This document shows positions 44,692 to 45,062 of a stretch of DNA of 45,062 nucleotides, in pieces. A program made the position numbers and the translations under genes. Source of the stretch: Guillardia theta CCMP2712 (taxonomy: Eukaryota; Protista; Cryptophyta). The notes beneath the pieces were generated by a model. The model was given only the letters and a program-made list of their open reading frames with translations, was not told the DNA's origin and searched no databases. The number at the start of each line of letters is the position of its first letter. Position 1 is the first letter of the stretch. Where the stretch lies: contig NW_005434587.1 of NCBI RefSeq assembly GCF_000315625.1, positions 297,027 through 342,088 of the forward strand, written 5' to 3'.

Positions 44692-45062
44692 CCCTCTGCC
44701 TCCAATCTTCCTTTCCTCCATTCCCTCCTTCTCTCCCTCGCTTCTTGCCTGCAGCTTCCTTTCCCCCTTCCCTCCACTAGCTGTTCTCGCTTCTCTCCTG
44801 CCTTCCTCTCATCTCTCTCCTTCCTCTCACCTGAGACTGCTCTCTTCAACATCGCAGGCATCTCCTCCCCGCTGCCCCCAGTGGATGCTGCTGACAAGGT
44901 CCCACTGAGAGGTCTGCTAGGAGAGTGAGCTCGAGCGGCGGCAAGAGAGGAGGAGAGGAGAGGAGGAGAGGAGGAGAGGAGGAGAGGAGAGGAGAAGGAG
45001 GAGGAAGAAAGGTAGGGACGAAAGAGACAAGCAGAACGGTACAACGGAAGGCAGGCATGCAA
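42059..45062 (-). CDS. C2HC-type zinc-finger protein (ZC2HC1/FAM164-like), 3' portion; 5' end probably beyond the window, interrupted by an assembly gap
   Basis: Exons EETRECPACGKSFAADIFEK, RAAIRNAKIITQAEKE and DDRVPCPHCGRKFA/EETARRHIPKCKDIINKPKP/LRQTK..RTRAM* match the C-x2-C-GRxF-x6-H-x3-C pattern. Confidence 0.8.
43224..43636. other. Assembly gap (run of N)
   Basis: 413 N bases, next to a GAG microsatellite. Confidence 1.
44628..44690. repeat. (CTG)n microsatellite, intronic
   Basis: Directly visible. Confidence 0.9.

Overview
Intron-rich eukaryotic nuclear DNA. Introns are mostly ~45-60 nt GT-AG with CTGAC/CTAAC-like branch points, and many are expanded by microsatellites. The style strongly suggests a cryptophyte alga such as Guillardia theta (inference only). 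Most ORF-track entries are exon fragments, antisense shadows or microsatellite artefacts, so I rebuilt genes by hand-splicing. Genes found: TMEM145/GPR180-like membrane protein (-), coiled-coil protein (+), two weak small genes, methionine aminopeptidase 2 with an apparent signal peptide (-), Raver-like 3xRRM protein (+), PPPDE/DeSI peptidase with three UBA/CUE-like repeats (-), secreted LamG-like + IPT/TIG protein (+), coiled-coil + beta-helix protein (-), a TSP1/lectin-like probable pseudogene bracketed by a 467-bp direct repeat, a caspase-like fragment, a delta-5-type front-end desaturase (+) and a C2HC zinc-finger gene (-) spanning an N gap. The most striking item (23952-26789) is a signal peptide + LRLRGG leader + PPDK/PEPS regulatory kinase-pyrophosphorylase (DUF299), spliced in frame to two LOV-like PAS domains that lack the photoactive Cys. 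This is a candidate sensor-controlled PPDK regulator targeted to the complex plastid. Domain calls are from motif recall, not database searches.
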